Source of the DNA: Ignicoccus islandicus DSM 13165
GTDB lineage: Archaea; Thermoproteota; Thermoprotei_A; Sulfolobales; Ignicoccaceae
Reading direction: 5' to 3'
Length of the DNA stretch: 32,000 nt
Assembly: GCF_001481685.1 (NCBI RefSeq)
Contig: NZ_CP006867.1
Location: 1,350,001-1,382,000 of the forward strand
The position numbers and the translations under genes are program-made. Shown here piece by piece: positions 7,605-15,931 of the stretch (position 1 is the stretch's first letter; each line of letters starts with the position of its first letter). Under the pieces are notes generated by a model. That model was not told the DNA's origin. It saw only the letters and a list, made by a program, of their open reading frames with translations, and made no database searches.

Positions 7605-8368
7605 TATGCCTCACCTAAATATATTTCTATAACTACAGGATTCTCTACAATTTCTTGAGGGGTTCCCTCTGCAACTATACGACCTCTACTCATTACGTAA
7701 ACGTAATCGACGTAATCGAAAAGTATATCGAGTCTATGTTCTATGATTAACATACTCATACCTTGTTCCTCTCTTAACTTCCTAAGGAATTGAAATATTT
7801 GATGGGCCAGTGTTGGATTAACACCTGCTGCAGGCTCGTCTAAGAGTAACATTTTCGGATCGCTCATCAAGCCTCTAGATATTTCAAGGAGTTTCATTTG
7901 TCCTCCGCTTATTGCCGCAGACATGTTTCGAGCTATGTGGAAAATTTTCAGGAGCTTCATTGTATCTATTGCCTTATTAGATATTTCTATCTCCTTGTTC
8001 CTCCAGATATGCCTCAAAAGCGATTTAAAGAAGCTCTCACCGGGGTTCCCTCTTGCGGCAGTTAGGACGTTTTCATAGACGGTCATTCCTTTAAATACTT
8101 TAGGTATCTGGAATGTTCTGACGAGACCTTTATGGTATATCTTCTCTGGAGGCCAACCAGTTATATCAGTTCCATCGAACAAGACCTTTCCTCTATCTGG
8201 TTTATATACGCCTGCAATAACGTTGAAGAGAGTAGTTTTGCCGGAACCATTAGGTCCTATTAGCGCCGTCATGGTCCCTCTTTCGATACTCATACTGACA
8301 TCATCTAGTGCTACTACACCACCGAAGGTTTTCCTAACATGTTCGACTTCGAGTATCTTGTCACTCAC
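7604..8368 (-). CDS. livG: branched-chain amino acid ABC transporter, ATP-binding protein LivG
   Basis: Walker A GPNGSGKTTLFN, signature ISGGQMKLLEISRGL, Walker B LLLDEP. GTGA overlap with the livM stop. Confidence 0.9.
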   Translation of the reverse strand: MSDKILEVEHVRKTFGGVVALDDVSMSIERGTMTALIGPNGSGKTTLFNVIAGVYKPDRGKVLFDGTDITGWPPEKIYHKGLVRTFQIPKVFKGMTVYENVLTAARGNPGESFFKSLLRHIWRNKEIEISNKAIDTMKLLKIFHIARNMSAAISGGQMKLLEISRGLMSDPKMLLLDEPAAGVNPTLAHQIFQFLRKLREEQGMSMLIIEHRLDILFDYVDYVYVMSRGRIVAEGTPQEIVENPVVIEIYLGEA

Positions 8369-9396
8369 TGATTCTCACCTCCGCTTTTCCTTTCTTCCTC
8401 TTCCAATACCTTCCATGCCGGCGTTCTAACTACCTTTTCTGGGACCAGACCTTGCGGTCTGAACATTAAGAATAGGATGATCAACAGACCAACTAATATA
8501 GCTTGGAAATAGTTGGGTTCGAGAGGTAGGTTAATGTAGTCCTTGGCTATTTGGGTGAGTCTGTTTATTAGTATTATTATAGCAGTTCCAATTACGACAC
8601 CAGCGTTATTTGCCATACCGCCAACTATTACCATAACCCAAATAATGAAGGTTATAAGTGGTAGGAAAGTGTCTGGGTTTAAGTAGAGGAAATAGAACGC
8701 GTATAGCGCTCCAGCGATACCAGCTATAGCACTGCCTAGTGTTAATGAAAGTAGCTTATATCTATATGTGAACTTACCAATGCTTTTCGATGCGAGTTCT
8801 TCGTCTCTAATGCTTTTCAAGACTCTACCTAAAGGCGAGTTACCCCACCTTTCTAGTAACAAATAGATTACGAAGAACAACCCCACACTGAATCCGACGT
8901 ACGTCAACAATCTCAACGTCGGATTTTCTATGAAGTTAAACGGTGGCGAGATACCTCTTAAACCGAAGACGCCTCCCCAGACGCTGTTCGTTGGTGTGTT
9001 TCTGAGAAGTATCCTTATCATTTCACCTATTATTATAGTTGACATACCTAAGTAGTCCTCCTTTAGCCTAACTGTAGGTAGAGCTATTGCGAACCCAACG
9101 GCTGCCGCGGCGATAGCTGCAGCTATAATACACACTATCATAGGTAAATGAAATGCCGCTGAAAGAACGCCAGCGGTGTATGCACCTACCGCAATGAATC
9201 CTACTTTTCCGAAGTTACTTAGTCCGGTATATCCATATTCCAAGTTAAGGCTAAGCGCAGCGATACCGTAAAAAGCTAGGAAGAATATTAGATCTAGTGT
9301 GTAACTTACATTAACTGTAGCGAAAGAAGCTATTATACCAGCTACTATTATACCTATAATTAATCCAGTTCTGTCTAATTTTAGAGAAGCCTTCAC
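8365..9396 (-). CDS. livM: branched-chain amino acid ABC transporter permease LivM
   Basis: 343-aa polytopic membrane protein in the canonical position between livH and livG. Ala/Gly-rich TM helices typical of the LivHM family. Confidence 0.85.
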   Translation of the reverse strand: MKASLKLDRTGLIIGIIVAGIIASFATVNVSYTLDLIFFLAFYGIAALSLNLEYGYTGLSNFGKVGFIAVGAYTAGVLSAAFHLPMIVCIIAAAIAAAAVGFAIALPTVRLKEDYLGMSTIIIGEMIRILLRNTPTNSVWGGVFGLRGISPPFNFIENPTLRLLTYVGFSVGLFFVIYLLLERWGNSPLGRVLKSIRDEELASKSIGKFTYRYKLLSLTLGSAIAGIAGALYAFYFLYLNPDTFLPLITFIIWVMVIVGGMANNAGVVIGTAIIILINRLTQIAKDYINLPLEPNYFQAILVGLLIILFLMFRPQGLVPEKVVRTPAWKVLEEEERKSGGENQ

Positions 9397-9407
9397 CTCA
9401 CATCACC

Positions 9408-10739
9408 TCATGCCTTTCTAGTCTTTAGGCCAGCTAGGCCCTCAGGTTTCAGGTACAACACTAAGAGGAAGACAGTGAATGGTATCAAGAACCTGTAACC
9501 CGTGTATTGAGGATCTATCGATGCCAATAACGTAACTCCGAACTGCTCTGCAAATGCTAATATATAACTTGCTGCAAAAGTTCCCCAGAAACTGCCTAAA
9601 CCACCTAGTACTGCCACTGCGAACGCATTCAGAAGTATCATCCATCCGAGTTCCGGATAGATCTGTGTTTGCATAGCCCAGAATAAGCCTCCTAGACCAG
9701 CTAACGCGCCAGCAACTAGCCAAGCCAAGTTCACTACGCTATCAATATCAATACCGCAAGCGGCTGCTAGGACGGGATTGTTGGCAACAGCTCTCCAAGC
9801 CTTTCCTATTTTCGTTTTCTTAAACATTAGTGTTAGTAATATAACAGTTGCTAGAACAGTGGCGGACGACCATATGTATAAGTCAGTAAACGATATCAAT
9901 GGTTGAGGGAAATTAAACAGTACCTCGAATGCATCTAACTTCTTGAATGCAATACCAGTAGGTGATATCTCTATTGCTGGTATGAATTCCGATGTTTCAG
10001 TTAAGGAAGGCTTTGCAATTAGAAGCGTCCCGTTCATTATCCATGCTTGGAAGTTAGAGAGTTGAACACCGAACGATTGATAAGCTATCTCAGTTTTTAG
10101 GAACTGTCTGCTGTACCAAGTCATTTCATACAGGCTATACCTTATTATCAGAGCAACACCTATGCTTGCTACCATTAACTGAACTAACGTTGCACCCTTA
10201 TTCGAAAGGGGCTTATATACTAGTATATGTGATAGTAATGAGATTATAGCACTTACTATTAGTGCTTCAGCGGCAATTAAAATTAGGTTTTGTGGTAAGA
10301 CATACGTACCTATTCCAAGTATAGCAGCCGATATTAAGATCGCTACTCCGAGCATTAGGAATGTACTGTTTCTCTTTATCTTACCAAAGTAGCTCAGTAC
10401 GGCTCCAATAACCACTCCAGTAATGAAAATCGGTTGAACGATACCGTTTACTGCACCGTTAACTATTGCGAAGTTGTACAAAAGATACGCTGCATACGCT
10501 CCAACTGTTGCAACGTCACCGTGTGCGAAGTTGGCGAACTTAGCTACGCTAAAGGTCATTGTTATCCCTATCGCAATAAGGAAGTAAAGGTTTCCTAGTA
10601 GTATTGTATCAACTAGCACTTGAGGGAGTTGCGAGTAGCTGGTGCCCCATGCCTCCTTAGGCACGAGCGAATATACGAGGATCAGTAATGCAATAATAAC
10701 TATTATACCAATAGCGAACTTCTTTTGCAGCAGCGTCAT
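9408..10739 (-). CDS. livH: branched-chain amino acid ABC transporter permease LivH, expanded form (443 aa)
   Basis: LivH-like blocks NFAHGDVATVGAY, IGKAWRAVANNPVLAAACGID and AVAVLGGLGSFWG. It carries an extra N-terminal TM segment and internal insertions relative to the usual protein of about 300 aa. Confidence 0.8.
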   Translation of the reverse strand: MTLLQKKFAIGIIVIIALLILVYSLVPKEAWGTSYSQLPQVLVDTILLGNLYFLIAIGITMTFSVAKFANFAHGDVATVGAYAAYLLYNFAIVNGAVNGIVQPIFITGVVIGAVLSYFGKIKRNSTFLMLGVAILISAAILGIGTYVLPQNLILIAAEALIVSAIISLLSHILVYKPLSNKGATLVQLMVASIGVALIIRYSLYEMTWYSRQFLKTEIAYQSFGVQLSNFQAWIMNGTLLIAKPSLTETSEFIPAIEISPTGIAFKKLDAFEVLFNFPQPLISFTDLYIWSSATVLATVILLTLMFKKTKIGKAWRAVANNPVLAAACGIDIDSVVNLAWLVAGALAGLGGLFWAMQTQIYPELGWMILLNAFAVAVLGGLGSFWGTFAASYILAFAEQFGVTLLASIDPQYTGYRFLIPFTVFLLVLYLKPEGLAGLKTRKA

Positions 10740-10806
10740 TGTTTAGTGCCCTTTTCCGTGAGGAGGAATGAGTATATATTAGGCTACTTTTGGTAAACCG
10801 AATACT

Positions 10807-10826
10807 TAAGATACGAACATATCTTA
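10807..10826. promoter_or_regulatory. perfect 7-bp inverted repeat TAAGATA-N6-TATCTTA upstream of the liv operon
   Basis: Read directly: taagata cgaaca tatctta. It lies about 68-87 nt upstream of the livH ATG and about 30 nt upstream of a TATA-like AATATATAC (minus-strand reading). Confidence 0.25.
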
Positions 10827-10861
10827 TATTGTATATTGTGTAATTGGGTATATAGGTTATG

Positions 10862-11743
10862 CTAAAATAACTTGAACGGCATACTCCCTTGACTTAGAGA
10901 TACAGTATAGCTTCTGGAGCTGCTTTCAACTAGAACCAACGTATTCTCATTTTCGAACAAATCAGAGAGCATATATCTATATGATTTTAAAGCGTCTAAT
11001 AATTCTCCACTCACTATCTCCGCAAATGGAACTAAGTCCTTAAATTCCTTAGCACTCATGACTTGCTCTCGAAGTTCTACTTTTAAGAGAAGTCTATCAA
11101 GTATTTCGTTTATTTTCTCTTCGGGTATTCTTCCCTCCAATAGATCCACTATTAGTTTTTCAACGTAGTTGACGGACCTTCTCGAAAGTTCGTATTCATA
11201 GTACATACCCGAGACTGATAGCGCGTGTAGTATTTGGGCTTTACCACTCACACCCTCTTTTGGTATAGAAACCATTATTTGGTCAACAAGTTCCTTAACA
11301 ATCATCGCATCTTTCGTGGAAATCGGGCTTGAATGTATGTAAGGTACAGCCGACCCAATTAAACTCCAGGGCGTTAGTTCTATGTTGTCAGCACCGAGAA
11401 GCGTTAATACACCTAAGTTCAACGCAAAGTCAAGAACTATTACCTTCAGTTCTGTTACACCTATTCCACGCATTTGTTTAAGTAAGTAGTCGGCGAAGTA
11501 TAGCGTAGATCCAGTGGTATTGTAAAGTAAGGCGACCTTTTCACAGTTACCTTTAATCACTAGTGATAGTATATTACTTACGTCCCTGATATGCGAAAGT
11601 AGTACGTTCGGTGAAGACGAAGGATCTATTCTAGGATTGTTTGAGATCGCTATTACACAGTATTCGTTGTCCCAATACTCTTCTAACTGTTGAAGTAAGT
11701 ATTTCCTTGTAGGCGGGTGACTAGGCATCACTGATCTTTTCAC
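10862..11743 (-). CDS. Clp-fold (ClpP/SppA/'SDH' PF01972-like) protein, possibly lacking the catalytic Ser
   Basis: 293-aa ORF. By-eye resemblance to Clp-fold serine proteinases: LLYNTTGSTLYFADYL resembles hTPGG..A, and FALNLGVLTLLGADNIEL resembles yAmSgGtliALaaDeI. In this by-eye alignment Asn occupies the expected Ser position. The CDS call is solid; the function is weak. Confidence 0.45.
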   Translation of the reverse strand: MKRSVMPSHPPTRKYLLQQLEEYWDNEYCVIAISNNPRIDPSSSPNVLLSHIRDVSNILSLVIKGNCEKVALLYNTTGSTLYFADYLLKQMRGIGVTELKVIVLDFALNLGVLTLLGADNIELTPWSLIGSAVPYIHSSPISTKDAMIVKELVDQIMVSIPKEGVSGKAQILHALSVSGMYYEYELSRRSVNYVEKLIVDLLEGRIPEEKINEILDRLLLKVELREQVMSAKEFKDLVPFAEIVSGELLDALKSYRYMLSDLFENENTLVLVESSSRSYTVSLSQGSMPFKLF

Positions 11744-11770
11744 CAGTCCCCTCTAAGGGGCATAAGACAA

Positions 11771-12184
11771 TTATAAGAGTCGGAAAGCGCTTACCTTCCT
11801 GGAAATCAAAAAGGCAGAATAGGCATGTCTCCCTAGTTTCTTTGAGAGCATAGCCTTTCTGAACTTACTTGTTCCAACGGAAGTGCGTGGTTCATCTACG
11901 AGATATAGAGGAATAGATTTCTTGCTGGCGATTTCCATTAGAGCAATAATTAACTGCGTTGATGTATCAATGTTTCCATTGCCTACCATTATTCTAGAGA
12001 CTTCTATTTCATTTAACACTCGCTCAATGGTATCGATTAGTAGGTCTTTAGGACCTTCCCATGAAAACAATATTACGTCTCTCAATCTTACGATAAGACC
12101 GCAATTCTCTCCGGGATCAATTCCTATTATCGGAAGATCCTTTTCATCTAAACATTTAGCGAGTAATTTATATGTACAAGACAA
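11771..12184 (-). CDS. RNase H-fold nuclease, YqgF/RuvX-like
   Basis: IIGIDPGENCGLIV (first beta-strand Asp motif), RIMVGNGN and LYLVDEPRTS resemble the YqgF blocks GlDvG, vVGlP and vDERlTT. TTG start with no SD. The frame is open a further 44 codons upstream (see findings). Confidence 0.5.
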   Translation of the reverse strand: MSCTYKLLAKCLDEKDLPIIGIDPGENCGLIVRLRDVILFSWEGPKDLLIDTIERVLNEIEVSRIMVGNGNIDTSTQLIIALMEIASKKSIPLYLVDEPRTSVGTSKFRKAMLSKKLGRHAYSAFLISRKVSAFRLL

Positions 12185-12316
12185 ATACGATTTACAGACA
12201 TGTAGAACAGAATCGCAATAGATCTTGCATTTAGGAATTTCCGAGATAGGTTCTTGAAGGCAAACGTCTCGGAATAACTTGAAGTAGTTCTTACTTATAT
12301 TCTTTTTAATATTACG

Positions 12317-12583
12317 TTACCTCCTTCCAGATAGCTTTCTCGCCTCTCTTTCAGTTTCTCTAAGTATTAGAATATCACCTACTCTTACTGGACCCTTGAC
12401 GTTCCTTGTCAAGATTCTTCCTTTATCTCTACCCTCAAGCACTCTTGCTCTCACTTGGGTTATCTCACCAGTTACACCAGTTCTTCCTATTATCTGGATT
12501 ACCTCTGCAGGAAATCCTATTTCTTCTGTGATCTTTATTTCTTCGATCCAATCCCCTACATATATTTTCTTCTTCTCAGTCAC
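12317..12583 (-). CDS. rps28e: 30S ribosomal protein S28e
   Basis: [60 protein letters not shown] is the conserved S28e core. GTG start with an N-terminal extension of about 15 aa. Confidence 0.9.
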   Translation of the reverse strand: MTEKKKIYVGDWIEEIKITEEIGFPAEVIQIIGRTGVTGEITQVRARVLEGRDKGRILTRNVKGPVRVGDILILRETEREARKLSGRR

Positions 12584-12637
12584 TTCCTTCTAACCCGGAT
12601 TCGTACTCTGGAATATCCTTTTTAAATCTGAAATTCC

Positions 12638-12832
12638 ATGGTGGAACGGGGACGGAAAGTGCAACATAGAGTGTGCTCATTTTGTGGTAGAGAAATTGAG
12701 CCAGGAACGGGTATAATGTTTGTTAGAAACGATGGATCGATTTTGTGGTTCTGTAGCAGCAAGTGTTTCAAGAACTATAAGATGGGAAGGAAGGCGCGTA
12801 AGTTACCTTGGACAGCAAATTACGGAAGGTGA
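12638..12832 (+). CDS. rpl24e: 50S ribosomal protein L24e
   Basis: The zinc-ribbon pattern [31 protein letters not shown] is typical of L24e. 64 aa. Confidence 0.9.
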   Translation: MVERGRKVQHRVCSFCGREIEPGTGIMFVRNDGSILWFCSSKCFKNYKMGRKARKLPWTANYGR

Positions 12833-12839
12833 TTGAGTA

Positions 12840-13286
12840 ATGAGCGTCGAATTAGAGTTCGTGATGATAAAGCCGGATGGAGTTAAAAGAGGGTTAATAG
12901 GAGAAATAATCTCAAGAATCGAAAGGAAAGGTTTAAAGATAAAGGCATTGAAAATGATTAAAATGAGTAAGGAGATGGCAGAGGAACTTTACGCTGAACA
13001 TAAAGGCAAACCGTTCTTCAATGACTTGGTTGAATACGTTACCTCGGGTCCAGTAGTAGTAATGATTGTAGAGGGTCCAAAGGCGGTTCAAGTTGTTAGG
13101 AAAATGATCGGTGCTACCGACGGCGCTGAAGCTGAACCCGGAAGCATACGCGGTGATTTCGCCTTGAGTAAAGCGAGGAACATAGTTCATGCTACTGACT
13201 CACCGGAAAAAGTTGAGAAGGAGGCATCGATATTCTTTAAACTAGACGAACTCGTGGATTACGATTACCTACACGCGATTTACTAA
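12840..13286 (+). CDS. ndk: nucleoside diphosphate kinase
   Basis: [43 protein letters not shown] and NIVHATDS (active-site His). GGTGA lies 7 nt upstream of the ATG. Confidence 0.95.
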   Translation: MSVELEFVMIKPDGVKRGLIGEIISRIERKGLKIKALKMIKMSKEMAEELYAEHKGKPFFNDLVEYVTSGPVVVMIVEGPKAVQVVRKMIGATDGAEAEPGSIRGDFALSKARNIVHATDSPEKVEKEASIFFKLDELVDYDYLHAIY

Positions 13287-13337
13287 ACGATTCGTTTTAG
13301 TTATTAAACAGAGCAAATAAAGAACCATATTTCATTA

Positions 13338-14243
13338 TCATTGAACGTTCTCTTCTTTACCTCTAATCGATGCTATCGATTTAGCTAAGTCGACCGTCAT
13401 TAGTCCTCGCGTAGAAATTGTACATACTTGTGGACGACCCTTCCCCCATATTAGATAGGCTATACATTCTAGAAGCACTTGGACCTCGGAACTTTCCCAT
13501 AATATTCTCTTATAAAGTTTGCTCATAAATGGAATTGTTAAAACTTTGACGTTTCTAGCAACTATATTCATTATTTCATTCATTAATAACCTTCTTTCGT
13601 TAACGTCAGTAAGTATTCTCGGAGTTATTTGGTTGATTACGAATATGTCAGGTAGAGTTCCCATAGCAGCCTCTGCTATTCTAAGCGTCCTTTCAATCTC
13701 GGTAATGCTAGCTTGGGACAGGAGAACACTTCTTGCGTTTAGAGACTCAATAACGCACTTCAAAATTGGTATATCTGCGAAACTAGCAGCAGGAGTATCG
13801 AAGACTATTAAGTCGTAAAACTCCGATATTTCGAAGAGAGTCTGTGCGACTTTTCGCGCTGCATGCGGAATACCATATCTCATTATCTCTTCTGAGTATT
13901 TGATTGCTGAATCCAGCGTTCCTGAAGGTATAACGTGTAGTAATCCATCACCAAGAACGTGAGTGTAGTCATCAAGGGAACCTCCTATTTCTAATACGTC
14001 ATACCACCCCTTCAAGTTCCTGGCCCGTTCTCCTAAGAAGAATCTCGATGCGCCGTCTCTAAAGTCAGCATCTATTAGCAGAGTTCGACGCTTACTCTTG
14101 AATGCCGAGCTAGCAGCTATTAATGCACTCGTTGTTGACTTTCCTACACCTCCTTTGATGCCCCACACAGTAATAACGTTCTCACGCTTAAGCAATGGTT
14201 CGCAATGGAACTTTACCTTGCTTTTCTTAATCTTCAATCTCAA
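13338..14243 (-). CDS. ParA/MinD-family P-loop ATPase (orphan)
   Basis: Deviant Walker A WGIKGGVGKSTTS, Walker A' LIDADFRDG and Walker B LIVFDTP. 301 aa, TTG start. No ParB/SegB-like partner gene is adjacent. Confidence 0.8.
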   Translation of the reverse strand: MRLKIKKSKVKFHCEPLLKRENVITVWGIKGGVGKSTTSALIAASSAFKSKRRTLLIDADFRDGASRFFLGERARNLKGWYDVLEIGGSLDDYTHVLGDGLLHVIPSGTLDSAIKYSEEIMRYGIPHAARKVAQTLFEISEFYDLIVFDTPAASFADIPILKCVIESLNARSVLLSQASITEIERTLRIAEAAMGTLPDIFVINQITPRILTDVNERRLLMNEIMNIVARNVKVLTIPFMSKLYKRILWESSEVQVLLECIAYLIWGKGRPQVCTISTRGLMTVDLAKSIASIRGKEENVQ

Positions 14244-14281
14244 TACCTATTCAGATGTCAGCAATTCAAGTTATAATACCC

Positions 14282-14324
14282 TATAGTACCACTATTCCAA
14301 TTCCCCATATAGTACTTTACTATT
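14282..14324. promoter_or_regulatory. two copies of a TATAGTAC...ACTATT element (ATAGT-N3-ACTAT and ATAGT-N5-ACTAT) upstream of parA
   Basis: Read directly: tatagtaccactatt at 14282-14296 and tatagtactttactatt at 14308-14324. They lie just beyond a TTATAA TATA-like box (14271-14276) located about 28 nt upstream of the parA start. Confidence 0.3.
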
Positions 14325-14355
14325 TTTAACGTAGATACTAGTTAAAAAAGTATAA

Positions 14356-14380
14356 TTGCGAATTAAACTTCCGTTCGCAA
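14356..14380. promoter_or_regulatory. 7-bp inverted repeat TTGCGAA-N11-TTCGCAA next to the fumarate hydratase TATA box
   Basis: Read directly. It abuts the TATA-like TTTAAAA (14385-14391), which lies about 40 nt upstream of ATG 14430. Confidence 0.25.
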
Positions 14381-14429
14381 ATTGTTTAAAATTACCTTCG
14401 ATTTGTATAAACCTAATGGTGTTTTAACA

Positions 14430-15920
14430 ATGATAAAAGCTAAGCTCAAGGAGGCAATAAAGGAAGGTATTAGGATCGCCGAAACTGCACTGCCTAAGTG
14501 GATCTATGATTATTTAGTAGAAGCCTACGAGAATTCGGAAGGTAGAGCTAAAGCCCAGTTAGGGGCTATCCTAAGAAACATTGAGTTAGCAGTAAAGGAA
14601 CGTAAGCCTATGTGTCAAGACACAGGTCTTTTGGTATTTAGCATAAAGTTAGGCCGCGACTTCCCTATCTCTTATAGAGATCTAATAGGAATAATAGAAG
14701 AGAGTTTACGTGAAGCTACGTCAGAGATACCAATACGTCCGAACACTATGGATCCCCTTACTGGATTTAATCCAGGCGATAATACTGGCAAGGGCATGCC
14801 AATTGTCGAGATAGAAGAAATAAACGAGGGCGACGCACTTGAGATATCGATAAGACCGAAAGGCGGTGGAAGCGAATATCCATCTAAGCTATGCATGATT
14901 CCTCCATCAATGGGATTAAAGGGAGTAAAGGAATGCTTGTTTAAAGCAATACTCGATGCTGGAGGAAAACCGTGCCCCCCTGGAATTGTGAGCGTAGCCT
15001 TCGGCGGTACAGTAGAAGAGGCAGTTAAGCTCTCAAAAAGTAACCTATATAGGAAAGGAAAACATCTCGAGGAAAGAATAAGCAAGCTTGAAGAGAAATG
15101 GAAGCAAGAAATAAACGCCCTTAATATAGGTCCCATGGGACTAGGTGGCACGCCAACGATACTTGACTTAAAAATAGATTATAATTATCGTCACCCCGCA
15201 TCTTATCCAGTAGCAGTTACGTTCAACTGTTGGGCTGCTAGGGAATCTCGGATAAGAATAAAGAGAGATGGCTCATGGGAAGTAATAAGCGAAAACGTAA
15301 CTAGCAAAGACTTACTTCACATAGAAGACATTAATGTTCAAGCACGTGAACTTAAGCTACCTGTCGATAGTAACGAGGTAAGAAAATTGAAGGCTGGTGA
15401 CGTAGTCTACGTTACCGGAACCATAGTTACCGCTAGAGACGAAGCACATAAAAAGATAATTGAAGAAGGTAAACCTCCAATAGACTTGAAGGGTCTAGCT
15501 ATTTACCATTGCGGCCCCGTGGTAAAGAAGGAAGGAACTGAATGGAAAGTTATTGCAGCGGGACCAACCACTAGCGCTCGAATGAACGAACTGGAAGCGA
15601 AAGTCCTTGAAATAACGGGTGCCAAGCTGGTTATAGGTAAAGGTGGAATGAAAAGAGATCTCCTTGATACGTTCAGTAGGTACGGCGCTGCTTATTTGGC
15701 CTTTCCAGGAGGGGCAGCGTTGTTAGCTGCTAAGGCTATAAAGAGAGTCAAGGGAGTATATTGGTTAGAGGAGTTAGGAATTCCAGAGGCTATGTGGGTC
15801 TTTGAGGTTGAAAGGTTTGGTCCGTTAATAGTTGCGATGGATTCCCATGGTAATAGTCTTTATGAAGAAGTAAACAAGGCGGCAGTAGAAAACGCTAAAC
15901 GGTACTTAAAGGAAATATAG
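14430..15920 (+). CDS. class I (Fe-S) fumarate hydratase, fused alpha+beta domains
   Basis: N-domain motif PMCQDTGL; C-domain motifs GTIVTARDEAHKK, GPTTSARM and KGGM. The ORF track starts at TTG 14382. I prefer ATG 14430 (MIKAKLKEAI), which has GGTG 8 nt upstream and a TATA-like box inside the 14382 extension. Confidence 0.85.
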   Translation: MIKAKLKEAIKEGIRIAETALPKWIYDYLVEAYENSEGRAKAQLGAILRNIELAVKERKPMCQDTGLLVFSIKLGRDFPISYRDLIGIIEESLREATSEIPIRPNTMDPLTGFNPGDNTGKGMPIVEIEEINEGDALEISIRPKGGGSEYPSKLCMIPPSMGLKGVKECLFKAILDAGGKPCPPGIVSVAFGGTVEEAVKLSKSNLYRKGKHLEERISKLEEKWKQEINALNIGPMGLGGTPTILDLKIDYNYRHPASYPVAVTFNCWAARESRIRIKRDGSWEVISENVTSKDLLHIEDINVQARELKLPVDSNEVRKLKAGDVVYVTGTIVTARDEAHKKIIEEGKPPIDLKGLAIYHCGPVVKKEGTEWKVIAAGPTTSARMNELEAKVLEITGAKLVIGKGGMKRDLLDTFSRYGAAYLAFPGGAALLAAKAIKRVKGVYWLEELGIPEAMWVFEVERFGPLIVAMDSHGNSLYEEVNKAAVENAKRYLKEI

Positions 15921-15931
15921 ACCCTTTAAAA

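Noticed and set aside
12317-12319. Stop-codon read-through producing an S28e-nuclease fusion, since both are in the same frame separated by a single TAA.
   Set aside because: A shared frame has a one-in-three chance expectation. TAA is an efficient stop, and I know of no precedent for such a fusion. I kept only the N-terminal-extension observation.
14382-14429. TTG 14382 as the fumarate hydratase start, which would add 16 residues (MFKITFDLYKPNGVLT).
   Set aside because: The extension contains the TATA-like TTTAAAA and the GGTG SD that serve ATG 14430. The conserved N-terminus begins at MIKAKLKEAI.
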